Assembly (NCBI GenBank): GCA_963662335.2 | Contig: CAXXVD010000005.1 | Location: 192,001-256,000, forward strand | DNA: 64,000 nt | Direction of reading: 5' to 3' | Source: Chloroflexota bacterium | Lineage (GTDB): Bacteria; Chloroflexota; UBA11872; VXOZ01 | Shown here: in pieces, positions 1 through 9,449 of the stretch | Layout: each line of letters begins with the position of its first letter | How positions within the stretch are numbered: position 1 is the first letter of the stretch | Made by a program: the position numbers and the translations under genes | Notes under the pieces: generated by a model | Database searches by the model: none | What the model saw: only the letters and a program-made list of their open reading frames with translations | Told to the model about the DNA's origin: nothing

Positions 1-1115
1 GTCTTCAGGCGCTCCTGCTCCAGCGCCACCGCGTCGCGGAGGTACGTTCGGTCGACGTCGTCCGGTGCGACAAACCCGCCGTCGGTCAAGAACGGCACAC
101 AGCGCGCGGCCAGATCTTCCACCGTCACGCCGCGAATATACACGCCGTTGAGCCAGGCGAGTTTCTGCAGGTCGAACACCGCGTTCGCTTTGTTCACGCG
201 CTCCAGGCTGAAGGCCGAGACAAGCTCATCCAAGCTAAACACTTCCTGCGTATCGCCGGGATTCCAGCCGAGCAACGCCAGAAAGTTGACGACCGCCTCC
301 GGCAGGTACCCCTGTGCGGCATAATCGCCGACGAACACCGCCCCGGAGCGCTTGCCCAGTTTCGAGCGGTCGGGATTCGTCAGCAGCGGCAGGTGCGCGT
401 AGGCGGGCAAGTCGAAACCCAGCGCCTGGGCAATGGGAATCTGCCGGTGGGTATTGTAGAGATGGTCGGCGCCGCGAATGACGTGGGTAATCGCCATGTG
501 GCTGTCGTCGATAACCGAGGCAAAGTTGTACGTCGGCATACCGCCGGCGCGCACGATCACCAGGTCGTCGAGTTCAGTCGCATCCACGCTGAGGTCGCCG
601 CGCACCAGGTCGCTGAAGTCCACGCTGCCTTCACGCGGCGAACGGAAACGCAGAACGTACGGCGCGCCGGAGCGCTCGCGCGCGGCCCGCTCCGCCGCCG
701 TGAGGCCCAGGCAAGTCTGCGGATAGCGGAACGCGCGGCGCTGCCGTTGGGCCTCTTTGCGCAGCGCGTCAAGCTCCGCCGGCGTGCACCAACACCGGTA
801 CGCGTGGCCGTCCGCCAACAGTTTCTCAGCATGAGCCTGATAGAGCCCCAGCCGCTCGCTCTGGCGGTAGGGTCCACACGCGCCGCCCGCGCCATAGCCC
901 TCGTCCCAGTCCAGGCCCATCCATCGGAAACTATAGAGCACACCCTCGATGTCCGCGTCGGAGGAGCGTTTCGCGTCGGTATCGTCGATACGGAGAATGA
1001 AGACGCCACCCGTTTGGCGGGCAAAGAGGTAGTTATACAGCGCCGTGCGGGCATTGCCCACGTGGAGACTGCCGGTCGGACTGGGCGCTATGCGCACCCG
1101 GACGGAATTTCCCAT
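1..1115 (-). CDS. gltX: Glutamate--tRNA ligase (5' part; runs off the left edge of the window)
   Basis: Hand translation from ATG 1115 gives MGNSVRVRIAPSPTGSLHVGNARTALYNYLFARQTGGVFILRIDDTD, with the HIGH-type motif HVGN. A KMSKS-like SKLGKR lies near 348-365. The ORF track misses it because the stop is outside the window. Confidence 0.96.
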   Translation of the reverse strand, partial: MGNSVRVRIAPSPTGSLHVGNARTALYNYLFARQTGGVFILRIDDTDAKRSSDADIEGVLYSFRWMGLDWDEGYGAGGACGPYRQSERLGLYQAHAEKLLADGHAYRCWCTPAELDALRKEAQRQRRAFRYPQTCLGLTAAERAARERSGAPYVLRFRSPREGSVDFSDLVRGDLSVDATELDDLVIVRAGGMPTYNFASVIDDSHMAITHVIRGADHLYNTHRQIPIAQALGFDLPAYAHLPLLTNPDRSKLGKRSGAVFVGDYAAQGYLPEAVVNFLALLGWNPGDTQEVFSLDELVSAFSLERVNKANAVFDLQKLAWLNGVYIRGVTVEDLAARCVPFLTDGGFVAPDDVDRTYLRDAVALEQERLK

Positions 1116-1142
1116 GCTCTTCCTCTGCTATGTCCGATCACC

Positions 1143-1165
1143 GTAGCGCAGGTTTGCAACCTGCG
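1143..1165 (+). repeat. GTAG-type REP palindrome (family A)
   Basis: GTAGCGCAGGTTTGCAACCTGCG hairpin; near-identical copy at 30927-30950. Confidence 0.7.
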
Positions 1166-1243
1166 ACAATGTCCGGTGAATCGATTGCGCAACCTACCCT
1201 CGCAAAGTTTCGTCGGAAGACCACGCGCGCGTTCCTCGTGCAG

Positions 1244-1267
1244 GCGGGGGACAAGCCCACGCGCTAC
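1244..1267 (-). repeat. GTAG-type REP palindrome (family B)
   Basis: Reverse complement GTAGCGCGTGGGCTTGTCCCCCGC matches the copies at 33425, 44300 and 44454 (23/24). Confidence 0.8.
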
Positions 1268-1323
1268 GCTAGGGCGGAAGTGGACGTCACCCCGGCTTTA
1301 GCGGCCCCGTGCGCAAAAAATCG

Positions 1324-1414
1324 TGGCGGAGAGGGTGGGATTCGAACCCACGAGGCGCTTGTGGCGCCTACTCGCTCTCCAGGCGAGCGCCTTCGACCAC
1401 TTGGCTACCTCTCC
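1324..1414 (-). tRNA. tRNA-Ser(GGA)
   Basis: Reverse complement GGAGAGGTAGCCAAGTGGTCGAAGGCGCTCGCCTGGAGAGCGAGTAGGCGCCACAAGCGCCTCGTGGGTTCGAATCCCACCCTCTCCGCCA shows an acceptor stem, anticodon GGA, long variable arm, GTTCGAATC T-loop and encoded CCA. Confidence 0.97.
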
Positions 1415-1459
1415 ACTGCGCCTTGGCAATGCGTCGCGCGCACGTGCCTCTGCCACTTG

Positions 1460-1489
1460 AGTCTAGCAGCGCGGCGGCGGCAGCGTCAA
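1460..1489 (-). promoter_or_regulatory. Putative sigma70-type promoter for tRNA-Ser/gltX
   Basis: TTGACG-N18-TAGACT with TG extension on the minus strand. Confidence 0.5.
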
Positions 1490-1560
1490 AGTCCGGCCGC
1501 AAGCGGGCAGGCGCGCGTATCCGCCACGTTTCCGCGCGGCAATGCGCCAAGCGCCATCGG

Positions 1561-1590
1561 TTGACAGCAGGCTAAGCGCAAAACTACCAT
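1561..1590 (+). promoter_or_regulatory. Putative sigma70-type promoter for the GlmL-like operon
   Basis: TTGACA-N18-TACCAT. It overlaps the ORF-track ATG at 1589, which favours a real start at 1709. Confidence 0.5.
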
Positions 1591-1708
1591 GACCATGTGT
1601 GGCGTCTGCGACTCTCACTATGCGGTTCCCTATTGGCAGCCGGAGTCTCTAACCGAGAGTCCCAGTCGCCGGCACGCGCCGCAACCCTGCACGCACACAA
1701 CCGGACAC

Positions 1709-3481
1709 ATGGCAGAGACCAGCGATTCCTCGAACTCTTCCGGTTCGCCGGACCTTTCCAGTTCGCTCCCAACGCTCGTGGCGGACGTCGGCGCCTTCAA
1801 CACGCGCGTCTCGCTCTTGGAGCGCGTGGAAGGCGCGTTCCGTCTCGCCGGTGTCGCGCGCGTGCCGAGCACGATCGAACCGCCCGTTTCCGACGCGATG
1901 CTGGGCGTCTCCCGCGCCCTGGCGGAGTTGGAGCGCACCACCGGCTGGTCTGCCGCACGGGAGCAGGTGAGCAAACTGGCGGTCACCAGCGTCAGCCTGA
2001 CGGTGGTGACGAGCGTGCTCAGCCTGGGCGACAACCGAGCCTTGAACAGGCTGCTCGAAACGCTGCAAACGCTGCCCATCACGCCCGTAGACATCTTCGA
2101 TCTCAACCACCGGCCGCCCGACGCCTACCAGTTCGTCTACCAACGGCTGATAGATTCCCCGCTGGACGCGCTCGTAATCCTGGGCAATGACGCGGACAAG
2201 GACTGGGAGATCGAAATCGCGCGGCTGGGCGAGATCGTGCTGCGCGTCGTAGCGGCGCACCGCAGCGCGTGGCAGCTAACCCTGGTCTTCATTGGCTCCG
2301 GCGCCCACGCGCAGTATCTGCGGACGTTCCTGGGTGAGCGCGTCTCGCTCCACCACATGACTCCGGCGGCAGACGAGTCTACCCGGCTCGACCTTCCCGC
2401 TCTCGACTCGCTCGTGCAGTCACTCGCGCGCGCGAAGCGCCGGGGCCGCCTGCCGAACTACGACGGCTTCAGCGAGTGGGCGGGAACGGACCCGACCGCC
2501 TATCAGGACGCCCTCAGCCGCGTCACCCAGCAACTGGCCCGGCGCTACAGCATCCACGTCCTCTCCTTGGATCTTGGGGCGAGCCACGTAGCGGCAGTCT
2601 CAAGTCTGCCGAACGGAGAGGTGCGCCAGGCTTCCCTGGACGGTTTCGGCGCGCTGCGCAGCCCGCAGAATATCCTGCTGGAGGCCGGGCGCGAGGCGAT
2701 CGAACGCTGGCTGCCGTACGACCTGGACGAGAGCCGGCTGGACGCCTATCTCCTGCACCGCCTGGCGCATCCCGCCGCGCTGCCGACCACGATCGAGAGC
2801 CTGGTGCTGGAGCACGCCTTTGCCCGGGAGGCGCTGCGCAACGTGGTGGAACTCATAGACGATTACACCGTGGACGGCAAGCGGTCGGCGCCTTGCGCCG
2901 CCGCGGACGTCATCATTGGCTGCGGCGCGACGCTTGGCAGCGCGCCGCGCCTGATCCAGGCCGTCTCGATGATGCTCGACGCGGTGCAGCCGGCCGGCTT
3001 CACGCAGTTTGCCCTGGACCGGGCCGGCGCGCTGCCGGCGCTCCTCCTGGATAGAGCCATCGAGGAAGGGGATCCATTGCTCGAGCAGGACGTCCTGCTG
3101 AGCCTGGGCGTCAGCATCTCGCCTAGCGGCCGCATGGAGGAGAACCGCCCTGCTCTGCGGCTGCGCGCCGGTATGCCGTCCCGTTCCCCTGAAGAAGTGC
3201 AGGTCAACTATGGGGCGATGGAGTTGATACCCTGGGAAGGCGGGAGCGGCTCCACCCTCGAGGCCTGGCCCGCTACCAGGCTAAATCTAGGCGTGGGCCG
3301 CGGCCGCGGCGCGGAGCCGCGCGCGCATCTCTACGGCGGCGCAATCGGGCTCATCGTCGACGCACGCGGACGCCCCCTGGACCTGGCCGACAACAAGGAC
3401 AAGCGCCAGGCCAAGGTGCTCGAATGGATGCAGTCCACGGGCGCGTACCCCACCCTCTCCTTCTCCGGGAGAACGAACTAG
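1709..3481 (+). CDS. Glutamate mutase L (GlmL/MutL)-like ASKHA-fold protein
   Basis: N-terminal LVADVGAFNTRVSL phosphate-1-like motif, a second LSLDLGASH motif, DVIIGCGATL...MLDAVQPAG, and C-terminal GGAIGLIVDARGRPL, typical of GlmL-family proteins. Start is 1709 or 1589. Confidence 0.75.
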   Translation: MAETSDSSNSSGSPDLSSSLPTLVADVGAFNTRVSLLERVEGAFRLAGVARVPSTIEPPVSDAMLGVSRALAELERTTGWSAAREQVSKLAVTSVSLTVVTSVLSLGDNRALNRLLETLQTLPITPVDIFDLNHRPPDAYQFVYQRLIDSPLDALVILGNDADKDWEIEIARLGEIVLRVVAAHRSAWQLTLVFIGSGAHAQYLRTFLGERVSLHHMTPAADESTRLDLPALDSLVQSLARAKRRGRLPNYDGFSEWAGTDPTAYQDALSRVTQQLARRYSIHVLSLDLGASHVAAVSSLPNGEVRQASLDGFGALRSPQNILLEAGREAIERWLPYDLDESRLDAYLLHRLAHPAALPTTIESLVLEHAFAREALRNVVELIDDYTVDGKRSAPCAAADVIIGCGATLGSAPRLIQAVSMMLDAVQPAGFTQFALDRAGALPALLLDRAIEEGDPLLEQDVLLSLGVSISPSGRMEENRPALRLRAGMPSRSPEEVQVNYGAMELIPWEGGSGSTLEAWPATRLNLGVGRGRGAEPRAHLYGGAIGLIVDARGRPLDLADNKDKRQAKVLEWMQSTGAYPTLSFSGRTN

Positions 3482-3483
3482 CC

Positions 3484-4572
3484 ATGGCCACCATGCTCGC
3501 GCTGCGCGGTACCGCCAACCCGCCGACGCCGACACCCCAGGTCGGACGCTATCTCCTGCGGCTGCACCGGGTGCTGCCGGCCGACGGTGAGATCTCCGTG
3601 CAACCGGGCGACAAGGTGGAACCGCACACGCTGGTGGGCACGTGCGCGCTCACGCCGCAGCGGGTGGTGCTGGATTTGGCGAGCCTGCTCGGCGTGCCGC
3701 CCGACCGCATCGAAGAATCTCTCGTGGTCGCTCAGGGTGAAGGCTGCGCCGAGGGCACGCTGATTGCCGTCCACCGCCGTTTCTTCGGCTTGCGCACGCG
3801 CACGGTAACGGCTCCGCTGACAGGTCACGTCGCGGCGCTGTCGTCGCGCAGCGGCCTCGCGTGGTTCGAGACTGAGAGCCACACGGTCGCGCTGCCCGCC
3901 GGTCTGTATGGCAGCGTGATCGACGTCACGCCGCGCCGGGAAGTCGTCATCGAAGCCGAGGCCGTGGTCGTGCGCGGCGTCTACGCCATCGGCGGCGAGG
4001 CGTCCGGCAACCTGACGACCGTGCTCACCCAATCCGCCGAGAGCGACGAGCGCCTCATTCTCGTCTCCCGCGAACCGGCAACCATCGACACGCTGCGCCG
4101 CGCCTACCAGTTGCAGGCCGCGGCCGTGGTGGCCCCGTCCGCCGTCCGCGCGGACATGGCGGCCCTGGGCATGGACCCGCTGGCGCGCCCCAGTTCGCAC
4201 ACGTGGAAAGGCCCGCCGCTGCTGCTCACCGAGGGCTTTCGCGGCCAGGCGATGACGGATACGCTCTGGGAACTCCTCACCGCGCAGCCGGTCTCCTGGG
4301 CAACCGTGGTCGCGCGGCCGGACCAGCACCTCTTCCTGCTCATCCTGCCCATCCGCTCGCTCGCGCCCAAAGACGCCTGGACGCGCTTTGGCCCCGGGTC
4401 GCGCCTGAAGCGGGCCGGCGCGTCCGCCGAACCCGGCGAGGGGCGGCTGGAAGCCTTCCTGCCCTTCCCCATCGGCGTGCCCTCCGGCCTGCGCCTCTCC
4501 GCCGCGGAGATGATCGACACGGAAGAACGGCGCAGCCAGGCGCCGATCTCCGAGTTAGAGTGGTTGATGTAG
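3484..4572 (+). CDS. Conserved hypothetical protein, GlmL-associated (barrel-sandwich-hybrid-like repeats)
   Basis: Starts 2 nt after the GlmL-like stop. Motifs VQPGDKVEPHTLVG, DLASLLGVPP, VTAPLTGHV, LPAGLYGSV and LLLTEGF. Confidence 0.65.
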   Translation: MATMLALRGTANPPTPTPQVGRYLLRLHRVLPADGEISVQPGDKVEPHTLVGTCALTPQRVVLDLASLLGVPPDRIEESLVVAQGEGCAEGTLIAVHRRFFGLRTRTVTAPLTGHVAALSSRSGLAWFETESHTVALPAGLYGSVIDVTPRREVVIEAEAVVVRGVYAIGGEASGNLTTVLTQSAESDERLILVSREPATIDTLRRAYQLQAAAVVAPSAVRADMAALGMDPLARPSSHTWKGPPLLLTEGFRGQAMTDTLWELLTAQPVSWATVVARPDQHLFLLILPIRSLAPKDAWTRFGPGSRLKRAGASAEPGEGRLEAFLPFPIGVPSGLRLSAAEMIDTEERRSQAPISELEWLM

Positions 4573-4615
4573 CCGACTTCGACGGTACGTCGCCGACTTC
4601 GACGGAACGTCGCCG
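4569..4615 (+). repeat. 20-bp tandem repeat starting with GTAG on the stop codon
   Basis: GTAGCCGACTTCGACGGTAC / GTCGCCGACTTCGACGGAAC / GTCGCCG. Confidence 0.75.
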
Positions 4616-4865
4616 GCGCCCCCTAGCGCGGCGCCAGGGTTATGGAAGGCTCCTGCGGGAAAGCGGACGCTGCCACAGCCATGCGGTCATGAGATCTCCA
4701 AAGGATGCCTTTTGCCTGCCGTACCGATTATCTATACAATTGAGACCCACACCAGACACGTCGGCGCAATTTCGACTGCCTCGATTACGCGCAACCATGT
4801 AGGCTTGCCGGCCGACACAGAGACTCGCTCATCACGCAACGATTTAGGAAGCGTAGCATACACCG

Positions 4866-5567
4866 ATGCAGGCGATCATTCTCGCGGGTGGATTAGGCGA
4901 GCGGCTGCGGCCGTTCACCGCCGACCGGCCGAAGACGATGGTGGAAGTTGGCGGCGCGCCGATCCTCGCCTATCAGCTTGCCTGGCTGCGCGCGGCCGGC
5001 GTAGACCGATTCATCATTTCGTGCGGCTACCGGCACGACGTTATTCAAGCTCACTTTGGCGACGGCCAGCAATTCGGCGTCCGGATCGAATACGCGATCG
5101 AGCGTGAAAAGCTCGGCACGGGCGGCGGGTTGAAGCTTGCCCTTGGTGGCGCCGACCCGGCTGAACCATTCGTCCTCGCGACCAACGGCGACATTCTCAC
5201 CGACCTGGACGTCGCCGCCATCGTGAACCTGCATCAGGCGGACGAAAACCTCGCAACCATCACGCTCACGCAATTGCAAAGTCCCTACGGCATCGTCGAG
5301 TCGAATGAAGCGCGCAAGGTGACGGCTTTCCGCGAAAAACCGCTCCTGCCCTACTGGCTGAGCGCCGGCGTCTACGCCCTTTCGCCCGCCATCCGGGAAC
5401 TCCTGCCGGATAAGGGCGATCACGAGCGGAGCACATTTCCCGAGATTGCCGGCCAAGGCAAGCTGGGCGCGCTCAAGGCGACCGCCTACTGGCGCGCAAT
5501 CGACACGGCCAAAGATCTATCCGAAGCGGAGCACGAACTAGCCGAAAAGCCACTGCCCCATGTCTGA
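4866..5567 (+). CDS. NTP-transferase family nucleotidyltransferase (sugar-1-phosphate guanylyltransferase-like)
   Basis: AIILAGGLGERLRPFTADRPK signature, EREKLGTGG, NGDI, FREKP. Confidence 0.9.
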   Translation: MQAIILAGGLGERLRPFTADRPKTMVEVGGAPILAYQLAWLRAAGVDRFIISCGYRHDVIQAHFGDGQQFGVRIEYAIEREKLGTGGGLKLALGGADPAEPFVLATNGDILTDLDVAAIVNLHQADENLATITLTQLQSPYGIVESNEARKVTAFREKPLLPYWLSAGVYALSPAIRELLPDKGDHERSTFPEIAGQGKLGALKATAYWRAIDTAKDLSEAEHELAEKPLPHV

Positions 5568-6306
5568 ACAGCCATTGACAGGAAAGAGCACGGGCTTCGA
5601 CTATCCGGCCTGGCACGAGGACCTGGACGACGAGAACCTCAAGCAGTCGATGCAGGTCTACTACGACGAGCGCGCCGGCGAGTACGTGGACTGGTTCCTG
5701 CGCACCGGTCTCTACGACCGGCCGGAAACGAACGCGCCGTTTCTCAGCGGCCTGCGCCAACTGGAGGAGGAGGTCACCGCCCTGGGCGCACGCGGCGCGG
5801 GGCGCATATTGGAAGTCGCCTGCGGCATCGGCTGGTGGACTTCGCTGCTTGCCCAATCGGGCCGGGAGGTGATCGCCTTCGACTACGGTCCGCGCATGTT
5901 GGCCGAGTGCCGCAAGCGGCTGGCCCACAACGAGGCGGACGCGGCGCTCGTGCGCGCCAGCGCCTACGCCTTTCCTTTCGCCGATAGCGCGGTGAGCGGC
6001 TGCCTCATGGGATTCTTCTTCAGCCACGTGCCCCACGCAGACGTCGGGCCACTGCTGGGCGCGGTGAATCGTGCCGTCCGTCCCGGGGGCGAGGTGCTCA
6101 TCATCGACTCGAGTTTGCCGGCGCTTGACGACGTGGAGACCGAAGTCCAGCAGCGCCCCTTGCGCGACGGTTCGCTGCATCCCGCCCTCAAAGTCTACTA
6201 CGGCGCGAGCGGGCTCTCCCGTATACTGGAACCGTTTGCCGAGAACTTGACGGTCAAGAAGGTAGAGGGCCTCTTCATCTGCGCACGCTACCGGACGCCG
6301 GGCTGA
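5560..6306 (+). CDS. Class I SAM-dependent methyltransferase
   Basis: ILEVACGIGWW motif I and FFFSHVP...VRPGG. Overlaps the upstream stop by 8 nt. Confidence 0.85.
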   Translation: MSEQPLTGKSTGFDYPAWHEDLDDENLKQSMQVYYDERAGEYVDWFLRTGLYDRPETNAPFLSGLRQLEEEVTALGARGAGRILEVACGIGWWTSLLAQSGREVIAFDYGPRMLAECRKRLAHNEADAALVRASAYAFPFADSAVSGCLMGFFFSHVPHADVGPLLGAVNRAVRPGGEVLIIDSSLPALDDVETEVQQRPLRDGSLHPALKVYYGASGLSRILEPFAENLTVKKVEGLFICARYRTPG

Positions 6307-6320
6307 CCACGCTGCGGTCG

Positions 6321-8144
6321 TTAACGGCACGGATTCATTACCCCGACGATTTCAGGCGGCGGCAGACGCCATGCGGTGAGCGTGTCCTCCTCATCGAGCG
6401 TGACCAACAGATCGCCGTCCGTGGCTACGGCAAAGTCGCGGATTGGCGCCAGCGGGCTCACCGTGCCCAGGATGCTGCCGTCGAAGCGGAACACGACCAA
6501 GCGCATATTCTCAGAAACGCCGATGAGATAGTCTCGATTGGCTACGATCTGCGACACCGGCAGAGCGTTTTGCTGCCACAATTGACAGCCGTCTTGATAG
6601 TAAGCCGCGATACCGTGCACCCCACCGACGTAGATGATGTCGCCGGGCTGGGAGACCGCCAGCGCGCGGCCGCGGGCCGGCGCATGCCATTCGACCTGCT
6701 CCGTTTCAACATCGAACTGGCTGACGTGCCGCTCGGTGAGCACAACCACCTTCCGGTTGAGGCCGGCAAGCGCGACGCTTACGACAGGTTCGGAAAAGTC
6801 CGAGCCCATTCGCTTCTCGCCGCGCTCGTTGACCACCATTACCTGAAACCGGCCCGCGCCGACGCCGCCCAACGCGACCCGATCGCCGTCTGGTGAGAGA
6901 TGGAAGCTATTGAGGCCGGGAATGTTGTGGTAATCGAGGGACGTAAACCAGGCTAGTTCCGACTCGTTGAATCCGAACGCGCGGCCCAATCCCTCCGCAT
7001 TCGAAGTGGAGGCAACCATCGTCCGCCCGTCACTGCTGATGGCGGCGTTCTCCAGAATGACCGCATGCTCAGCCAGCGTTTTGCTCCAACGCGGACTTCC
7101 GTCCTGATCGAGGGCCTGTGCGCCAATGCCCACTGCAAAGACGGCCGTGCCCTCTCGCGCTACCGCAAGGTCATACGTCGGCAGCGAGAGGCTTCGGAGC
7201 CACTGGCGTTCTCCCTCTCCATTCCAGCGCTGTATCACACCACTGGAATCGCTGCCAAGCACAGCGCTGCCTTCCGGCGACACTGCGATGAAGTGAGCGG
7301 GCGTCGTCAAGGCGTGCGACCAGACCGGTTCACGCCAGGTACGGCCTTGGATCGGCGATACCTGGGCAACGCGAAAGACGTGCACCGTCTCCTCGCGTAT
7401 GCCGGCCTCGACGTTGCGCTCACGCCACTGCGCCGCAACCGCCCCCGCCTCCGCGGCCGAGAGAAACGGCCCCAGCAGCACCACGGGCGCGCCGTCCCGG
7501 CTGAGCACGGCGCGGTTGGCGGCCGCCGCCTCTTGTACGCGCTGCGCTTCTTCAACAGTCGCAAACGGCCCCAGCGCAACGCGGGATACCGCGATCGGTT
7601 CCGCCGTGATTTCGAGTTGCCCGGCTTGATAGAAGAGTTCGCGCAGCGCCGGGCCGTCGGCCAACGCGGTGTTGGCAAGGAATGATTCGAGTTGAGCTTC
7701 CGCCAGCGCAAGCTGGGCATACGCCGCGGCGAGGGCATCATCCTGGCTTGTGTCGACGTACTGGCGAAACTCGCCGGCCGCGCGCGCGAGGGGATCGACT
7801 GCCGCCAGCAGGCCGGCGGCGCCGTTCACGGCTCCGCCAGCGTTGACGTCAACCACTTGCTGCGCCAACTGCTGGATCTCGGGGATGAGAAAATCAAGCG
7901 CCTGGCGGTACTTGTGCGGCGGCAGCGACTCTTGCAAGTACGCCAGGTTGTGGACGTTGAGACGCCGGATGACGAAAATGACGTCTCGCGCAATCTGTGG
8001 GATGCGGTGCTCCGCCCGGCTTGCCGGCTCGTCAGGGGCGGCGGCCTGCGGCGCGGCCGGGGCCGCGCCGCCGCAGCCGAGGCCGAACGCGGCCAGCAGC
8101 ACACAGAGAGCCAGTGCCCTCCCCACGCCGCCTGCTCTCATCAT
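6321..8144 (-). CDS. Putative lipoprotein with SPOR-like domain and C-terminal beta-propeller (PQQ/WD40-like)
   Basis: Signal and lipobox LLAAFGLGC. Two SPOR-like VxLGPF repeats (VALGPFATVEEA, VLLGPFLSAAEA). Repeated propeller blades AVSPEG, AISSDG, LSPDG and AVSQPG. Confidence 0.65.
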   Translation of the reverse strand: MMRAGGVGRALALCVLLAAFGLGCGGAAPAAPQAAAPDEPASRAEHRIPQIARDVIFVIRRLNVHNLAYLQESLPPHKYRQALDFLIPEIQQLAQQVVDVNAGGAVNGAAGLLAAVDPLARAAGEFRQYVDTSQDDALAAAYAQLALAEAQLESFLANTALADGPALRELFYQAGQLEITAEPIAVSRVALGPFATVEEAQRVQEAAAANRAVLSRDGAPVVLLGPFLSAAEAGAVAAQWRERNVEAGIREETVHVFRVAQVSPIQGRTWREPVWSHALTTPAHFIAVSPEGSAVLGSDSSGVIQRWNGEGERQWLRSLSLPTYDLAVAREGTAVFAVGIGAQALDQDGSPRWSKTLAEHAVILENAAISSDGRTMVASTSNAEGLGRAFGFNESELAWFTSLDYHNIPGLNSFHLSPDGDRVALGGVGAGRFQVMVVNERGEKRMGSDFSEPVVSVALAGLNRKVVVLTERHVSQFDVETEQVEWHAPARGRALAVSQPGDIIYVGGVHGIAAYYQDGCQLWQQNALPVSQIVANRDYLIGVSENMRLVVFRFDGSILGTVSPLAPIRDFAVATDGDLLVTLDEEDTLTAWRLPPPEIVGVMNPCR

Positions 8145-8185
8145 GGCGCCAACCTCTACCACCGCATCAGCCGGAACTCGCTCCG

Positions 8186-8998
8186 CTAGAAGTCGTCTTC
8201 CACCGCCAGCGCACCCTCCGCGTCGATGTCCTCGCCTTCCAGATCGGCCCACGCGTATGCGTCACCGCTCTCTTCGGCAAAGTCGCTCTCCGCGCCCGGC
8301 GCGACGTCCTGCCAATACTCCTCGTCCTCTAACTGCTGGCCGTTCTCGCCGGGGAATGAGTGTTGGCCCGCCTGGCTGGGATGCTGATAGGTCTCCTTTA
8401 TCACAACGTAGACGTCGCGGCTCTGTATCCCCAGCACCGCGGCGGCGTAGCGGTTGCCGGATTCTATCAGGTAGATCAGCCGCTGTGACAGCGATGCGGC
8501 CAATTGCCCCAACGGCTGACCGCTGCGGCTCAGCACCCGCATCACGCTGCCGCGCCGTTCCAGGCGCAGCGGGTCTCCCGGCAACGGCAGCGCCTGGCTC
8601 TGCTTGCCGGGCACGGGCAGCGCCTTGACGATCTTCGTCTTGCCCGGTTCGGCAATGAAGATGTCCGCCGGGACGCGCTGCACGTCGTCGGCCACGTCCG
8701 CGTGAACCGGCGCTTCCAACCAAGACTCCAGCCGCACGAGGTTGCGTCCGGCAATGGCGTTGACCGGATCAAGCTCCAGCGCATGCTGGTAGCTGAGCTT
8801 GGCCTCTTGCAGCAAGCCAAGCTCCCACAGCGCTTTGCCGAGACGATTGCGCGCGTCAACGTCCTGCGGGTCGAGCTTGACAATCGAGCGATTGATCTTC
8901 TCGGCCTCGGCCCAACGGTGATCCGCCGCGCACTGGATCGCCTGTTGCTCCCAGTACCGTTTGAAACGGCTGCGTTCAGCGCCAATGATCTGTGCCAT
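8186..8998 (-). CDS. Tetratricopeptide-repeat protein with acidic tail
   Basis: TPR DVDARNRLGKALWELGLLQEAKLSYQHALELDPVNAIA, FIAEPGKTK motif, HIRAN-like LGQL..LSQRLIYLIESGNRY segment, and D/E-rich C-terminus. Confidence 0.8.
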   Translation of the reverse strand: MAQIIGAERSRFKRYWEQQAIQCAADHRWAEAEKINRSIVKLDPQDVDARNRLGKALWELGLLQEAKLSYQHALELDPVNAIAGRNLVRLESWLEAPVHADVADDVQRVPADIFIAEPGKTKIVKALPVPGKQSQALPLPGDPLRLERRGSVMRVLSRSGQPLGQLAASLSQRLIYLIESGNRYAAAVLGIQSRDVYVVIKETYQHPSQAGQHSFPGENGQQLEDEEYWQDVAPGAESDFAEESGDAYAWADLEGEDIDAEGALAVEDDF

Positions 8999-9425
8999 AT
9001 CACTATCCCTCTCACAGATAGGGTGCTACTGCCGCACACAGGCGTGAACCGACGCGCGCGTGCGGCAAGCAATGAGAAGTTTTAACTGCGGGCGTACTGC
9101 TCCTGCGGGGTATGGTTTACGGAAGCATAGAACACCGGCAGCAGTGCGCTGCGTGACCTGAACCAGGGGATAGTTCAGAGCCAATGCACGTACTTACTAT
9201 AGCACAACGACTAGCGGCTTCACTACCTTTTACCCCCATTATCCCCAGAAAAACGCGGAAACTTCTAAAATTCGATCTCAAGCCGCGTACTCGAGGCGGG
9301 GAATAAGAGGCACGAGACCCGTGCGGAGCGCCTTTCCCGCAACTGAATATGACGCAAACCGTCCGCCAGCGCCGAGCCATGCGAAACTCCACTCCGTGCC
9401 CCGGCGCCGGCAGGGGTATGTAAAT

Positions 9426-9449
9426 GTCACTCCGAGCGCAGCGTCGAAC
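9426..9449 (+). repeat. Degenerate GTCA-type REP (family C)
   Basis: GTCACTCCGAGCGCAGCGTCGAAC resembles GTCATTCCGAGCGCAGCGAGGAAT at 40710. Confidence 0.55.

Noticed and set aside
393-1301. 302-aa plus-strand ORF
   Set aside because: Antisense shadow of gltX, which has clear motifs on the minus strand.
1324-1700. tRNA-Ser as an integration site for an island
   Set aside because: No integrase and no duplicated tRNA 3' end seen in the window.
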